From contig CAYWDX010000002.1 in the NCBI GenBank assembly GCA_964456235.1, forward strand, positions 78,061 through 142,060: 64,000 nt of DNA, in the 5' to 3' direction. The position numbers and the translations under genes are program-made. The stretch is from an uncultured Candidatus Saccharibacteria bacterium. GTDB lineage: Bacteria > Patescibacteriota > Minisyncoccia > UBA6257 > 2-01-FULL-56-20. Below the pieces are notes generated by a model. That model was not told the origin of the DNA. It ran no database searches and saw nothing but the letters and a program-made list of their open reading frames with translations. Shown in pieces: positions 37,316 through 45,482 of the stretch (the stretch's first letter is position 1; the number at the start of each line of letters is the position of its first letter).

Positions 37316-38077
37316 TTAATTAAGAGCGTAAACGATACTTACGGTGTCAGTAATATCTTCGGTGCCGGGCTGTATCGTCGGCGGAACCGGCGCGGAGCTC
37401 GCACCGCCCACCCCGAAATCCGCAGCCGCATAGTATCGCGGTCCAGGGATATAATTGTTTTCTGAAATGCTCACGATGCGGCCCAAAGAAACATGGGCAT
37501 CCGCCGCCATCGCTTTTGCCTCTTCGGCCGCCTTCGCAATAGCGTCAGCGCGCGCGGCCGAAAGCACTTTCGCATCATCCGCGAACGTGAAATTCACGCC
37601 GCCGATTTGGTTCGCGCCAAGCGGTGCGAGGCCGCCGAGCACCGAAGCCACCTTCGAAAGGTCCCGCACCTTCACCTGAACCGTTTGCGTGAGCGTGTAG
37701 CCCGTGATGTAATTCCGCATCGTGCTTTTATCCCACGAATAATTCGGCGAAAGATTGTAGCTCGTGGTCTTAATGTCATCATCAGCAACTCCCTGCGATT
37801 TCACAAACTGGAGAATCGCATTCATCTTCGTATTGTTGTTGTCGGAAAGGGTTTGCGGACTCTGGCCCTGCGTCACGACCGAGAAGGAAATTTCCGCGAG
37901 GTCAGGTGCCGCAGTCGTCTTCCCCTGTGCAGAAACCGTAATCGTATGGGCCGGATAGAACGCCTCGCCCCACTTATAAATCGTCGGCATCACAAAAAAT
38001 ATGAGATTAACAATCAGAGCCCCCAGGAAAACCGTGAGCAAAATCCAGAACCACTTTTTTATATCTGTGCTTTCCAT
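37316..38077 (-). CDS. SIMPL-domain protein (DUF541, 26-kDa periplasmic immunogenic protein family), TM-anchored
   Basis: 253 aa; N-terminal TM, then a SIMPL-like region (ITVSAQGKTTAAPDLAEISFSVVTQG...NYITGYTLTQTVQVKVRDL). Confidence 0.75.
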   Translation of the reverse strand: MESTDIKKWFWILLTVFLGALIVNLIFFVMPTIYKWGEAFYPAHTITVSAQGKTTAAPDLAEISFSVVTQGQSPQTLSDNNNTKMNAILQFVKSQGVADDDIKTTSYNLSPNYSWDKSTMRNYITGYTLTQTVQVKVRDLSKVASVLGGLAPLGANQIGGVNFTFADDAKVLSAARADAIAKAAEEAKAMAADAHVSLGRIVSISENNYIPGPRYYAAADFGVGGASSAPVPPTIQPGTEDITDTVSIVYALN

Positions 38078-38805
38078 AATATTTTTTTGAACTCGTTTGG
38101 TTTGGTGCTGGCGCCGCCGACGAGCGCGCCGTCTATTTCTTTATATTGTACATAATCGCCGATGTTCTTACCGTTCACGGAGCCGCCATAGAGAACGCGG
38201 GTGTGCGTCCTTCTCCTGATGACCCTTGCCATATGTAACGCGTCATCGGGCGTATCGTTACGACCCGTTCCAATAGCCCAGATCGGTTCATAGGCCACGA
38301 TCAGATTTTTTTTCTTTGCACCGGTGAGCGTGACGCCGGCTAAATCTTTTTTGAGCTGCCCTTCAACAAATTTTTTCGCGGCATTAATCCCCTTTTTACG
38401 GATCGCAAGGGGCTCACCGACGCAAAGGATCACGCGAAGCCCATCCGCGAGGGCAAGTTTCACTTTTTTATTGATCATCGCGTCCGTTTCGTGGAGCCAC
38501 TTGCGCCGCTCGGAGTGGCCAATGATGGCATACTTTACGCCGAGGCGTTTCAGCATGCGCGGCCCAACCTCGCTCGTAAACGGGCCTCGTTCCTTCCAGA
38601 AAACGTCTTGCGCGCCGATAACTACCCTGCGATTTTTACTGCGGCGATGGAGCGCCGCGATCTTCTCAAGAAAAATAAATGGCGGGCAGATTACCGTCTC
38701 CCCTTTTATTTTTCTGGCTGCCGCCACCGTTGCACGGTAAAGCTTCGCCGCCTGCGCCTCCGTGCGCGGATTTTCCTTCCAATTCGCCGCGATTAATTTC
38801 GGCAT
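38059..38805 (-). CDS. tpiA: Triosephosphate isomerase
   Basis: 248 aa; MPKLIAANWKEN..., IIGHSERR, AYEPIWAIGTG are canonical TIM motifs. Confidence 0.92.
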   Translation of the reverse strand: MPKLIAANWKENPRTEAQAAKLYRATVAAARKIKGETVICPPFIFLEKIAALHRRSKNRRVVIGAQDVFWKERGPFTSEVGPRMLKRLGVKYAIIGHSERRKWLHETDAMINKKVKLALADGLRVILCVGEPLAIRKKGINAAKKFVEGQLKKDLAGVTLTGAKKKNLIVAYEPIWAIGTGRNDTPDDALHMARVIRRRTHTRVLYGGSVNGKNIGDYVQYKEIDGALVGGASTKPNEFKKILWKAQI

Positions 38806-38895
38806 GAGGATTCGTCTAGTTTACCACGCCGCCTTGCTCGGACAGTTCCGCGGAGCTGTGGAGCTGCCGAAATTTGCATCCGGTTTATTACTTGT

Positions 38896-39059
38896 CAAAG
38901 GTAATGTTTTACCTACATAAACTACAGCCCCTGCTCCACAGCGGGGCGAGCATAGCATACCAGCAATTAAAACTCATTAAAAACACCAACGGCCGCTGAA
39001 GCGGCCGTTGGTGCGACAAGCAAATAATAAGCTGTAGTTCAACTTACATTACCTTTATG
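38896..39059. repeat. Imperfect ~30-bp inverted repeats flanking a ~100-bp core with an internal hairpin (MITE-like or recombination-site-like element)
   Basis: IR-L caaaggtaatgttttacctacataaactacagc (38896-38928) versus IR-R gctgtagttcaacttacattacctttatg (39031-39059). They share AAAGGTAATGT and AACTACAGC. The core hairpin is aacggccgc-tgaa-gcggccgtt. An outer 10-bp IR gctgtggagc (38846) / gctccacagc (38933) lies around it. Confidence 0.4.
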
Positions 39060-39121
39060 GATACGATAGCGCATAAAATATAGAAGTCAAGCGCAGTTTT
39101 AATGAATTTTTAATCGAAATA

Positions 39122-39189
39122 AATAAAAAGCGCCATTGTTTTGCCGAGAGCCCTTCCGAGTACTCGAGGCAAAACAATGCCGCTTTTTA
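39122..39189. terminator. Long bidirectional terminator-like hairpin
   Basis: AAAAA GCGCCATTGTTTTGCC ...loop... GGCAAAACAATGCCGC TTTTT. Confidence 0.45.
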
Positions 39190-39332
39190 TGGTACTCCGT
39201 CTCGGGGCGCATCTCGAACTCTGGATGACACGCTGGAAAAACTAATGCAGTATTTTGCTGCTCAAGACCGCCAAAGTAGCTTTGGCCTCGCGGGTTATGA
39301 AACTGGGGCATAACCCGCTTCCGCCTGTGGCA

Positions 39333-39361
39333 TTGACATATATCGCATTACGATATATAAT
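39333..39361 (+). promoter_or_regulatory. Perfect-consensus sigma70 promoter TTGACA-17-TATAAT with an embedded operator-like palindrome
   Basis: ttgaca 39333-39338; tataat 39356-39361. The spacer contains the palindrome TATATCG-cattA-CGATATA. Confidence 0.6.
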
Positions 39362-39394
39362 GCAGCCAGCCTTTTAAATCTACAAACATCTACT

Positions 39395-39447
39395 TTGAGA
39401 CGGGCGTTCTGTGAGCCAGCAACTGACTCCTAGAACGCTCGTCTCAA
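39395..39447 (+). promoter_or_regulatory. Stable 5'-UTR hairpin (15/16-bp stem, 21-nt loop) ahead of the GC-rich membrane-protein gene
   Basis: ttgagacgggcgttct (39395-39410) pairs with agaacgctcgtctcaa (39432-39447). The alternative GTG start at 39411 lies in the loop. A true AAGGAG SD is at 39492-39497. Confidence 0.4.
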
Positions 39448-39503
39448 TCAGGCGTGCCCAGTGCCCGCAAGGGCTCTTGGAATTTCTCCACAAGGAGTTC
39501 CCT

Positions 39504-40310
39504 ATGAAGACCAGTCACAAGGTTTTCCTGGCGTGCGCCTTCGGCGGGTTCATCGGCGCATTTGTCGCGCTGTGGCTCAGTCACTACGACTCACTCTTCG
39601 CGTTCGTGGGCTTCGCCATCGGCGGCTTCACGGGCTACTTGAGCTACAACATCCACGAGGTCATCGCGGCCATTCTGCAGGCGTGGGCGTCGGCGACGAA
39701 CTGGCGGCCGGACAAGGCGTGGTGGCGGATGTGCTGTCAGGAGCTGCTTCGCTACTATGGCTTCGCGCTGACGGTAGTCACCGGCGTCGCGATGTTCGTT
39801 TGTGGGGCTGCCTCTATTGCCGAGCCAAAATTTCCAGAAAATCTTTTGATGTTCGCTTGCATACTTGTCCTTTTCTGGACGACCGTCTTGGTCTCCGGGA
39901 TACCCCTGACTTTTTTCTGGAAGGACGGGGGAGTTCTGGAAATTCGGGCTTGGATGGGTCCAGTGCCAGACGTGAGCCCGTTCAAGTTTTACGGCTATAC
40001 GCTGCCCAAGTTCTTCCTCTGGATGGGGCTCAAGGCGCTCGCCACCCTGATCGGCGCTCTCGGTGTTTGTACGCCCGGCGCCACCATGGTGCTGTTCCGC
40101 TTCTTCCGGAATCTCATCCAACGGATCCATTCGGATGTTCGCGTCGTGTGCGCGGTGGATGCCATGCTCGGCGCCGTCGCCGGGTACTTCTTCCACGATC
40201 CGTGGGTCGGTGCTCTGATTGGCGGAGTGCTGGGGGTCTTGAACTATGAGATCCTCTCCATCCGCATCTTCAAGCTCGTACCGGCGACGCAGTCGATGTT
40301 CAGTCGCTAG
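39504..40310 (+). CDS. Hypothetical polytopic membrane protein (about 7 TM), visibly GC-richer than its neighbours
   Basis: The start is taken at the ATG at 39504 with AAGGAG 7 nt upstream (the ORF track starts at GTG 39411). Product MKTSHKVFLACAFGGFIGAFVALWL...; no recognised family. All six frames are open across it, consistent with high G+C. Confidence 0.6.
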   Translation: MKTSHKVFLACAFGGFIGAFVALWLSHYDSLFAFVGFAIGGFTGYLSYNIHEVIAAILQAWASATNWRPDKAWWRMCCQELLRYYGFALTVVTGVAMFVCGAASIAEPKFPENLLMFACILVLFWTTVLVSGIPLTFFWKDGGVLEIRAWMGPVPDVSPFKFYGYTLPKFFLWMGLKALATLIGALGVCTPGATMVLFRFFRNLIQRIHSDVRVVCAVDAMLGAVAGYFFHDPWVGALIGGVLGVLNYEILSIRIFKLVPATQSMFSR

Positions 40311-40331
40311 GTACGGGATATGCAGTTCACA

Positions 40332-40368
40332 GGCTCCTCCGAGTAATCGGCGGGGCCTTTTTCTTTTG
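40332..40368 (+). terminator. Intrinsic terminator after the GC-rich membrane-protein gene
   Basis: GGCTCCTCCG-agtaat-CGGCGGGGCC, followed by TTTTTCTTTTG. Confidence 0.55.
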
Positions 40369-40523
40369 TATATATAGGTAAAGGTCGTTAATAACGCTAC
40401 CTATATGAAACTCACTGACGAGGAGCTCGACAGATTCTTTGATGAATATTTTGCAATCCTCTTGGATATTGCACAGCGCTCCGTAAAGGAGGGGGGGCCA
40501 GGATCAAGACATCTAGCGCCCCG

Positions 40524-40540
40524 GTTCAAATCCCGATGGA
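40524..40540 (+). repeat. Inverted 17-bp copy of the tRNA-Glu T-loop/acceptor segment (GGTTCAAATCCCGATGG)
   Basis: Identical to the reverse complement of 40668-40684 inside the tRNA-Glu gene. The surrounding sequence does not fold into a tRNA. Confidence 0.45.
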
Positions 40541-40662
40541 GCCGATCAAAAACCCGTCTCCCCGTGCGGGTTCTTGGCCCGTCAAAAGAGTGCAGATCTA
40601 ATGGGCATTCCCAGAGCAAAAGATACATAAACCCGCGTGTGGGGCGCGGGTTCGAATCGGCG

Positions 40663-40737
40663 TACCGCCATCGGGATTTGAACCCGAGTTTTCGCCGTGA
40701 GAGGGCGACGTCCTAGGCCGGGCTAGACGATGACGGC
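40663..40737 (-). tRNA. tRNA-Glu (anticodon CTC)
   Basis: Acceptor GCCGTCA/TGGCGGT (two G-U pairs), D-stem GTCT/GGAC with an 11-nt D-loop, anticodon stem TCGCC/GGCGA with loop CTCTCAC (CTC), T-arm TCGGG-TTCAAAT-CCCGA, discriminator A. The 5' end overlaps the last ~8 codons of murF. Confidence 0.65.
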
Positions 40738-42053
40738 TCTATATATTTTATTTCCGCAACCACCTTATCAAGCTCCATCGCGTGCGAACCCTTCACGAGC
40801 ACAAGGTCGCCGCGGCGCATCATCTCGCGAAGCGGTACGCCCGCTTCGCCTGCTGTTTCGTACGAAAAAATATTGGCGGGTTTGATGCGCGATTTTCGCG
40901 CGGCGTCCGCGATGAATTTCGCGCGCGGCCCCACGGTCACCACAACGTCGGCGATCCGAGCAGCGATGCGGCCAATTTCCTCATGCGCTTCGGGCGTATA
41001 CTTCCCAATCTCGAGCATGTCGCCGAGGACGGCGATGCGGCGGGTCGCGGGGAGATCGCGGAGCGTCTCGAGCGCGGCGCGCATGGAGAGCGGGCTCGCG
41101 TTGTACGAGTCATCGATCACCGCGGCAAACTTCACACCCGGCAAAAGCTGCATGCGCGAAGCGGCTGACTGATAATGCGCGAGGGCTTCCGCAATCTTAA
41201 CGAGGTTCATACCGAAAATCAAACCGATTGCGCCCGCGGCGGCGGCGGCGTACCCGTGCGCTTTTCCAAAAACGCCTTCGATTTTCACCGGGACAGAACT
41301 ACCTCCATATTCCAGCTTGAACGCGATGCCGCGCGGAATTTCGCCGACGCGCGATTCGTCGTCGCTTTTTTCTGTCCAGTTTTCAAAACGCGCCACGCGC
41401 ACGGCGACTCCCTTCTCGAAACCGTACGAGACGACGCGGGCTCGCGTGCGCGGCGCGAGATCAGCCACACGTTCGTCGTCGCCATTCAGCACGGCGAAGC
41501 CCGATGACGAAAGAGTTTCAATGAGTCGGGCCTTTTCGCGCGCGACCTCTTCGGGGCCCGCGTAAAATTCGACATGCACGGGCGTGTCGCCAATCGCCGT
41601 GATCACGCTCACGTTTGGACGCACGATCCGCAGGAGCGCGCGGATGTCCCCCGGCCGGTCAGCGCCATATTCAAGCACGAGAATTTCTGGATAGCGGCCG
41701 TCGCGCTTGATAAGACGCCAGGTTGATGCGACGAGCACCTTTGCCCAAAAGAAAAATTTGCGCGCTCGAGCGGTCCCGGCCGGCGTTTCGCGACTCACGA
41801 GCGCAAGTTCGCGCGGAGACCAGTCGCCAAGGATGGCGAGCGGCAGACCAAGATCATTGTTAAGGTTCCCCGAGGAAACCCGGACGCGGCGGACGGCACG
41901 AAGGACGCTCGCGATCGCAATCTTGGTTGACGTTTTGCCCACGCTCCCCGTCACCCCGACCACGCCCGGCCGGTAGCGCGCAATGGTAAGGCGCGCAAGC
42001 ACGCGCACGCTCCCTCGCAATATGTTTATTAAATATTTATTAAAACCTCCCAT
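40713..42053 (-). CDS. murF: UDP-N-acetylmuramoyl-tripeptide--D-alanyl-D-alanine ligase
   Basis: 446 aa; Mur ligase P-loop GVTGSVGKTSTK, central and C-terminal Mur ligase domains. Confidence 0.85.
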   Translation of the reverse strand: MGGFNKYLINILRGSVRVLARLTIARYRPGVVGVTGSVGKTSTKIAIASVLRAVRRVRVSSGNLNNDLGLPLAILGDWSPRELALVSRETPAGTARARKFFFWAKVLVASTWRLIKRDGRYPEILVLEYGADRPGDIRALLRIVRPNVSVITAIGDTPVHVEFYAGPEEVAREKARLIETLSSSGFAVLNGDDERVADLAPRTRARVVSYGFEKGVAVRVARFENWTEKSDDESRVGEIPRGIAFKLEYGGSSVPVKIEGVFGKAHGYAAAAAGAIGLIFGMNLVKIAEALAHYQSAASRMQLLPGVKFAAVIDDSYNASPLSMRAALETLRDLPATRRIAVLGDMLEIGKYTPEAHEEIGRIAARIADVVVTVGPRAKFIADAARKSRIKPANIFSYETAGEAGVPLREMMRRGDLVLVKGSHAMELDKVVAEIKYIEPSSSSPA

Positions 42054-42089
42054 TCTTTTAATACTAACGTACTGTCGCGAGCGTGCCGT

Positions 42090-43697
42090 TTATTGCACCG
42101 CGTCAAGACGATCCGGCGGAACATGATAATAGTTGATGATGTATTGCGAAAGCGTTTTGAAGGCGGGCACCACGCTTTGCGCTGCGAGCGCCGTTGAGGG
42201 CAATGTGTTCAGGCGGATCAAGGCGATGAAGCGCGGATCAGACGTGGGACCAAAGCCGACATAGGAATCGATCAACTTGTCGGTGTAGCCGCCATGGACG
42301 AGATCGGGAATGAAGGCGCTGCCGGTTTTGCCGGCCAGAGAATATCCTTCAATATTTGCGACGCCGGCATGATCAACCGCCCCGACCATCATCTGCGCCA
42401 CCGTCTTCGCCGTCGTCGCGCTCATCACGATTCCCAACGCCTGCGCCTTCGTTGACGCATTCACGCGCGGCTTCATCATCACACCGCCGTTCGCGAGCGC
42501 ATCGATCGCGGTGATCAACCCGATCGGCGTCACGGCAACCCCCTGGCCATACGCAGCCGTGTCGAACGCGACCTGGCGTGATTTTGGATTGAGCTCGCTC
42601 AAATTGCCGATCACTTCGCCCGGCAAATCAATCCCGGTTTTTTGGTCAAGGTGAAATTTTTTGATGAACGCCGTAAATGCGTCGTTGCCAACTTTGTTTT
42701 CCACGTAAATGGCGCCGGTATTGATAGAGTGCTCGATCACCTCCGTCATCGTGGTGCCGGGACCATAGGGGCCATGCGTCGCCAAATCATAGTTCGTAAT
42801 ATGTGCCTTGTTGATATTCACATACCCAACGTCGTTATAGGTCGAGTCCGGCGTCACCGTGCCAGACTCGATCCCCGCCGCCATCGTGAGCACCTTAAAA
42901 ATTGACCCCGGCTCATACACCTCCTGCACGGTTGGATTTAAGAAATTTGAGACCGGGAATACGCCGTAATTATTCGGATCGAACGTCGGGTAGCCGGCCA
43001 TCGCAAGAATCGCGCCGGTTTTGGGATCCTCTACTATAATACTGCCGCCCGTCGCGCCGTTCCGCGCCACCAAATCGTCCAAAATCTTCTCCGCCTCGAT
43101 CTGAATGTTCGGATCAATCGTGAGCGTCACCTCGTCGCCCTGGGCAAGCGTTGAATCGTAATACCCCTCAACGCCGTAATGGCCGCTCTCGCCGTTCGTC
43201 GTAGCATTCGGACCAACATAACCGAGCACCTGCGCCGCGATCAAGTCAAGTGGATAGAAGCGGTCGGGTGCGTAATCGGCGTAGACACCTTTCAGCTTGA
43301 GCTCAGTGATCTGCTGCGCGACGTTCACGTCAGCTTTGCGCGCGAGAAGTTCGTACTGGTCGCCGGGTTTTGAAAAAAGTGCTTCAAGGGTCGCAGCTTG
43401 CACGCCGAGTATCGGCGCGACGAGATTCGCCGCCTCCGCGGCGTCGTCAATTTTTACGGGCACGGCGTAGACGAGGGGGAATTGTTTTTCGATCGCCGCG
43501 GGCAGCAGGGTGCCATCGGCTTCAGTAAACGAAATGGTCCCGCGATTCCCGCTCGTGCTCTCGGCAACCGCCGCCTGGTTCTCCGCCTTTGCTAAATAAA
43601 AATCTCCTTTGGTGATTTGTAATTCATACACATGAAACGCCAACACAAAAAAAGCGACCGAGATTGCCCCGATTAAAAGTGAGATGCGATAGACCAT
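42090..43697 (-). CDS. ftsI: Penicillin-binding protein 2 / FtsI-type peptidoglycan transpeptidase
   Basis: 535 aa; N-terminal TM, PBP dimerisation domain, transpeptidase domain (GSIFKV SxxK, SxN, KTG-like motifs). Confidence 0.85.
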   Translation of the reverse strand: MVYRISLLIGAISVAFFVLAFHVYELQITKGDFYLAKAENQAAVAESTSGNRGTISFTEADGTLLPAAIEKQFPLVYAVPVKIDDAAEAANLVAPILGVQAATLEALFSKPGDQYELLARKADVNVAQQITELKLKGVYADYAPDRFYPLDLIAAQVLGYVGPNATTNGESGHYGVEGYYDSTLAQGDEVTLTIDPNIQIEAEKILDDLVARNGATGGSIIVEDPKTGAILAMAGYPTFDPNNYGVFPVSNFLNPTVQEVYEPGSIFKVLTMAAGIESGTVTPDSTYNDVGYVNINKAHITNYDLATHGPYGPGTTMTEVIEHSINTGAIYVENKVGNDAFTAFIKKFHLDQKTGIDLPGEVIGNLSELNPKSRQVAFDTAAYGQGVAVTPIGLITAIDALANGGVMMKPRVNASTKAQALGIVMSATTAKTVAQMMVGAVDHAGVANIEGYSLAGKTGSAFIPDLVHGGYTDKLIDSYVGFGPTSDPRFIALIRLNTLPSTALAAQSVVPAFKTLSQYIINYYHVPPDRLDAVQ

Positions 43698-43990
43698 GTG
43701 TCGTGCACGGTGAGATATTCTGGCTTTTGGTCGGCCACCAATCCATGCGATGCGGCAGCCGCAGCCACGGCGTCACTGCCCAATGCGGCGATCACCGTGT
43801 TGTTCAGGGTGATATTCGTCGCGCCAACGGCATCGAGCTCCACACGCGCCGCATCTAAATTGTGGCTGATGTTTACCGTCGCGTTGTAGAGCGCGACCAT
43901 GCCAAACACGCCAGCGCCGATCGCCAAAATAGTGAGCGTCAAAATAATATCGAGGATGGTTTTATTTTTATGGGGCTGGATAAATGTCAT
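43673..43990 (-). CDS. ftsL: Cell division protein FtsL-like (septum formation initiator)
   Basis: 105 aa; a single TM followed by a short coiled-coil region. It sits between rsmH and ftsI and overlaps ftsI by 25 nt. Confidence 0.55.
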   Translation of the reverse strand: MTFIQPHKNKTILDIILTLTILAIGAGVFGMVALYNATVNISHNLDAARVELDAVGATNITLNNTVIAALGSDAVAAAAASHGLVADQKPEYLTVHDTWSIASHF

Positions 43991-44011
43991 GTTTTTATTT
44001 CACGCTGCCGC

Positions 44012-44962
44012 CTACACCCCTGCCCACACCGCTGCCCGCAATTTGGCTGACCGGCTGCGGGGATTCACGAATATTTCATCGCGCGTCGTCGGAATTGGTT
44101 TTTTAGTTAAAATTTTGAGCTTCTTTTCTTTTTCCATTGATTGAAATTCTTGTTTCACGATGCGATCTTCGAGCGAATGGAAGGTGATGATCGCTACTCG
44201 CCCGCCTGGCGCGAGAATTTGGTCTAGGTTTTTTAATATCTTTTTAATGTTCCCGAATTCATCGTTCGCGTAGATCCGAAGAGCCTGGAAGGTGCGCGTT
44301 GCTGGGTCAATCCTCCCCCGCTCATAGTTTCCGGGCACTGTGGCGCGGATGGTTTCGGCAAGCTCGCCGCTCGTTTTGATCGGCCGGCGGCGTTCGCGCT
44401 CGACAATCGCTTTCGCAATCCGCCGCGACATGCGTTCCCCGCCGAGCTTGTAGACGATGTCCGCCAGTTCGGTTTCACCCATGCCCCGCAAAATTTCTGC
44501 GACCGGAGTTCGCGCGTCGTCGTACGTCATGAGGAGCGGTTCGTCGGCAGCCGCGGGCGCGAAACTGAATCCCCTTCCCGAGAGCGCAAGCTGCTCCGAA
44601 GAAAATCCGAGATCGAGGAGCAGGCCGTCCGCGCGCGGCAATTTCTCGCGCGCAAGAATTTCTGGGAGATCGGCGTAATTGCCGTGGACAAAATTTTTCT
44701 GCACACGACTCGCAATCGTCGCACTCGATTTTTTTGCCCGCTCGATTATGCCGCGATCCCAGTCAACGCCGAGAAATTTACCGCCGGGATCGATGCGCAT
44801 CATGACCGCCCGCGCATGCCCGCCGCCATCCATCGTCCCGTCGATCATAAAATCGCCGGGCTGCGGATCAAGATATTGCAAAACTTCTTTTAAAAGAACT
44901 GGCTCGTGCACCTGGCCCTTGCTCTGCGCGCCTCGTTCACTCCGCGCACGATCTGCCATCAT
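44012..44962 (-). CDS. rsmH: 16S rRNA (cytosine1402-N4)-methyltransferase
   Basis: HEPVLLKEVLQYLDPQPGDFMIDGTMDGGGHARAV...LLDLGFSSEQL. The start is chosen at the ATG overlapping the mraZ stop (ATGA); the ORF track starts 25 codons upstream. Confidence 0.85.
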   Translation of the reverse strand: MMADRARSERGAQSKGQVHEPVLLKEVLQYLDPQPGDFMIDGTMDGGGHARAVMMRIDPGGKFLGVDWDRGIIERAKKSSATIASRVQKNFVHGNYADLPEILAREKLPRADGLLLDLGFSSEQLALSGRGFSFAPAAADEPLLMTYDDARTPVAEILRGMGETELADIVYKLGGERMSRRIAKAIVERERRRPIKTSGELAETIRATVPGNYERGRIDPATRTFQALRIYANDEFGNIKKILKNLDQILAPGGRVAIITFHSLEDRIVKQEFQSMEKEKKLKILTKKPIPTTRDEIFVNPRSRSAKLRAAVWAGV

Positions 44963-45393
44963 CAAATACCCAGCTCGCCCAACTTCTCCGCAATTTCCTC
45001 CGAAGAATTTTCTGTTTTCGCCTTGTAGGCGTTCCATTTTTTTTCATCCCAGATTTCGATGCGGTTATAGAGGCCCGCGACGATCACCGATTTCGAAAGT
45101 TCGGCATACAATCGCAGATAATCAGGAATGAGGATGCGGCCTTGTGTGTCAAGATCAACATCCGACGCGCCCGCCATCATGAGGCGCACGAAAGCGCGGG
45201 AGTTCGCTTGAGCCAGCGGCAACGCCACCAACTTTTTTGCAAGCACTTCCCACTCGCTGTTTGCAAATACAAAAAGACAATTATCAATTCCGCGCGTGAT
45301 GATGGCGCCGGCGTTTAACTTCTCGCGGAATTTTGCCGGAATCGCCACACGACCTTTATTGTCCAAATTGTGTTGATATTCGCCGAGGAGCAT
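44962..45393 (-). CDS. mraZ: Transcriptional regulator MraZ
   Basis: 143 aa; MLLGEYQHNLDNKGRVAIPAKFR and a second SpoVT/AbrB-like repeat (DTQGRILIP). Confidence 0.9.
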   Translation of the reverse strand: MLLGEYQHNLDNKGRVAIPAKFREKLNAGAIITRGIDNCLFVFANSEWEVLAKKLVALPLAQANSRAFVRLMMAGASDVDLDTQGRILIPDYLRLYAELSKSVIVAGLYNRIEIWDEKKWNAYKAKTENSSEEIAEKLGELGI

Positions 45394-45447
45394 GGTGGGG
45401 TAAATGCCTTATTTCGCGAAGAGTTCTGCACAGAAACCGGGGTTTAT

Positions 45448-45473
45448 CCCCAGAATTATCCACAACTCCCCAC
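45448..45473 (-). promoter_or_regulatory. Three direct GTGG(G/A)-type repeats at 10-bp spacing (MraZ-box operator) between the mraZ -10 and its start codon
   Basis: The minus strand reads GTGGGGagtt-GTGGATaatt-CTGGGGata (plus-strand ccccag 45448, atccac 45458, ccccac 45468). Confidence 0.5.
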
Positions 45474-45482
45474 TTTCCTACC

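Noticed and set aside
39461-40249. Arg-rich 262-aa and 201-aa alternative-frame ORFs across the GC-rich membrane gene (and similarly 46999-47601, 47115-47537)
   Set aside because: - These are high-G+C artefacts.
- The frame with coherent TM helices and an SD-preceded ATG is the real one.
40500-40560. Possible second tRNA on the plus strand (TTCAAATCC T-loop-like sequence)
   Set aside because: - No cloverleaf could be built: the T-stem halves are not complementary.
- It is interpreted as an inverted fragment of the tRNA-Glu 3' region.
40405-40716. 103-aa ORF MKLTDEELDRFFDEYFAILLDIAQRS… between the island terminator and tRNA-Glu
   Set aside because: - No SD.
- The C-terminal two thirds run through hairpins and into the tRNA gene.
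- At most a short N-terminal peptide could be real.
45425-45450. GCACAGAAACCGGGGUUUAUC resembling the 3' conserved region of RNase P RNA
   Set aside because: - Only ~170 nt of non-coding sequence is available.
- No GGAAAGUCCGG (P4) partner nearby.
- The region is better explained as the mraZ promoter and MraZ boxes.
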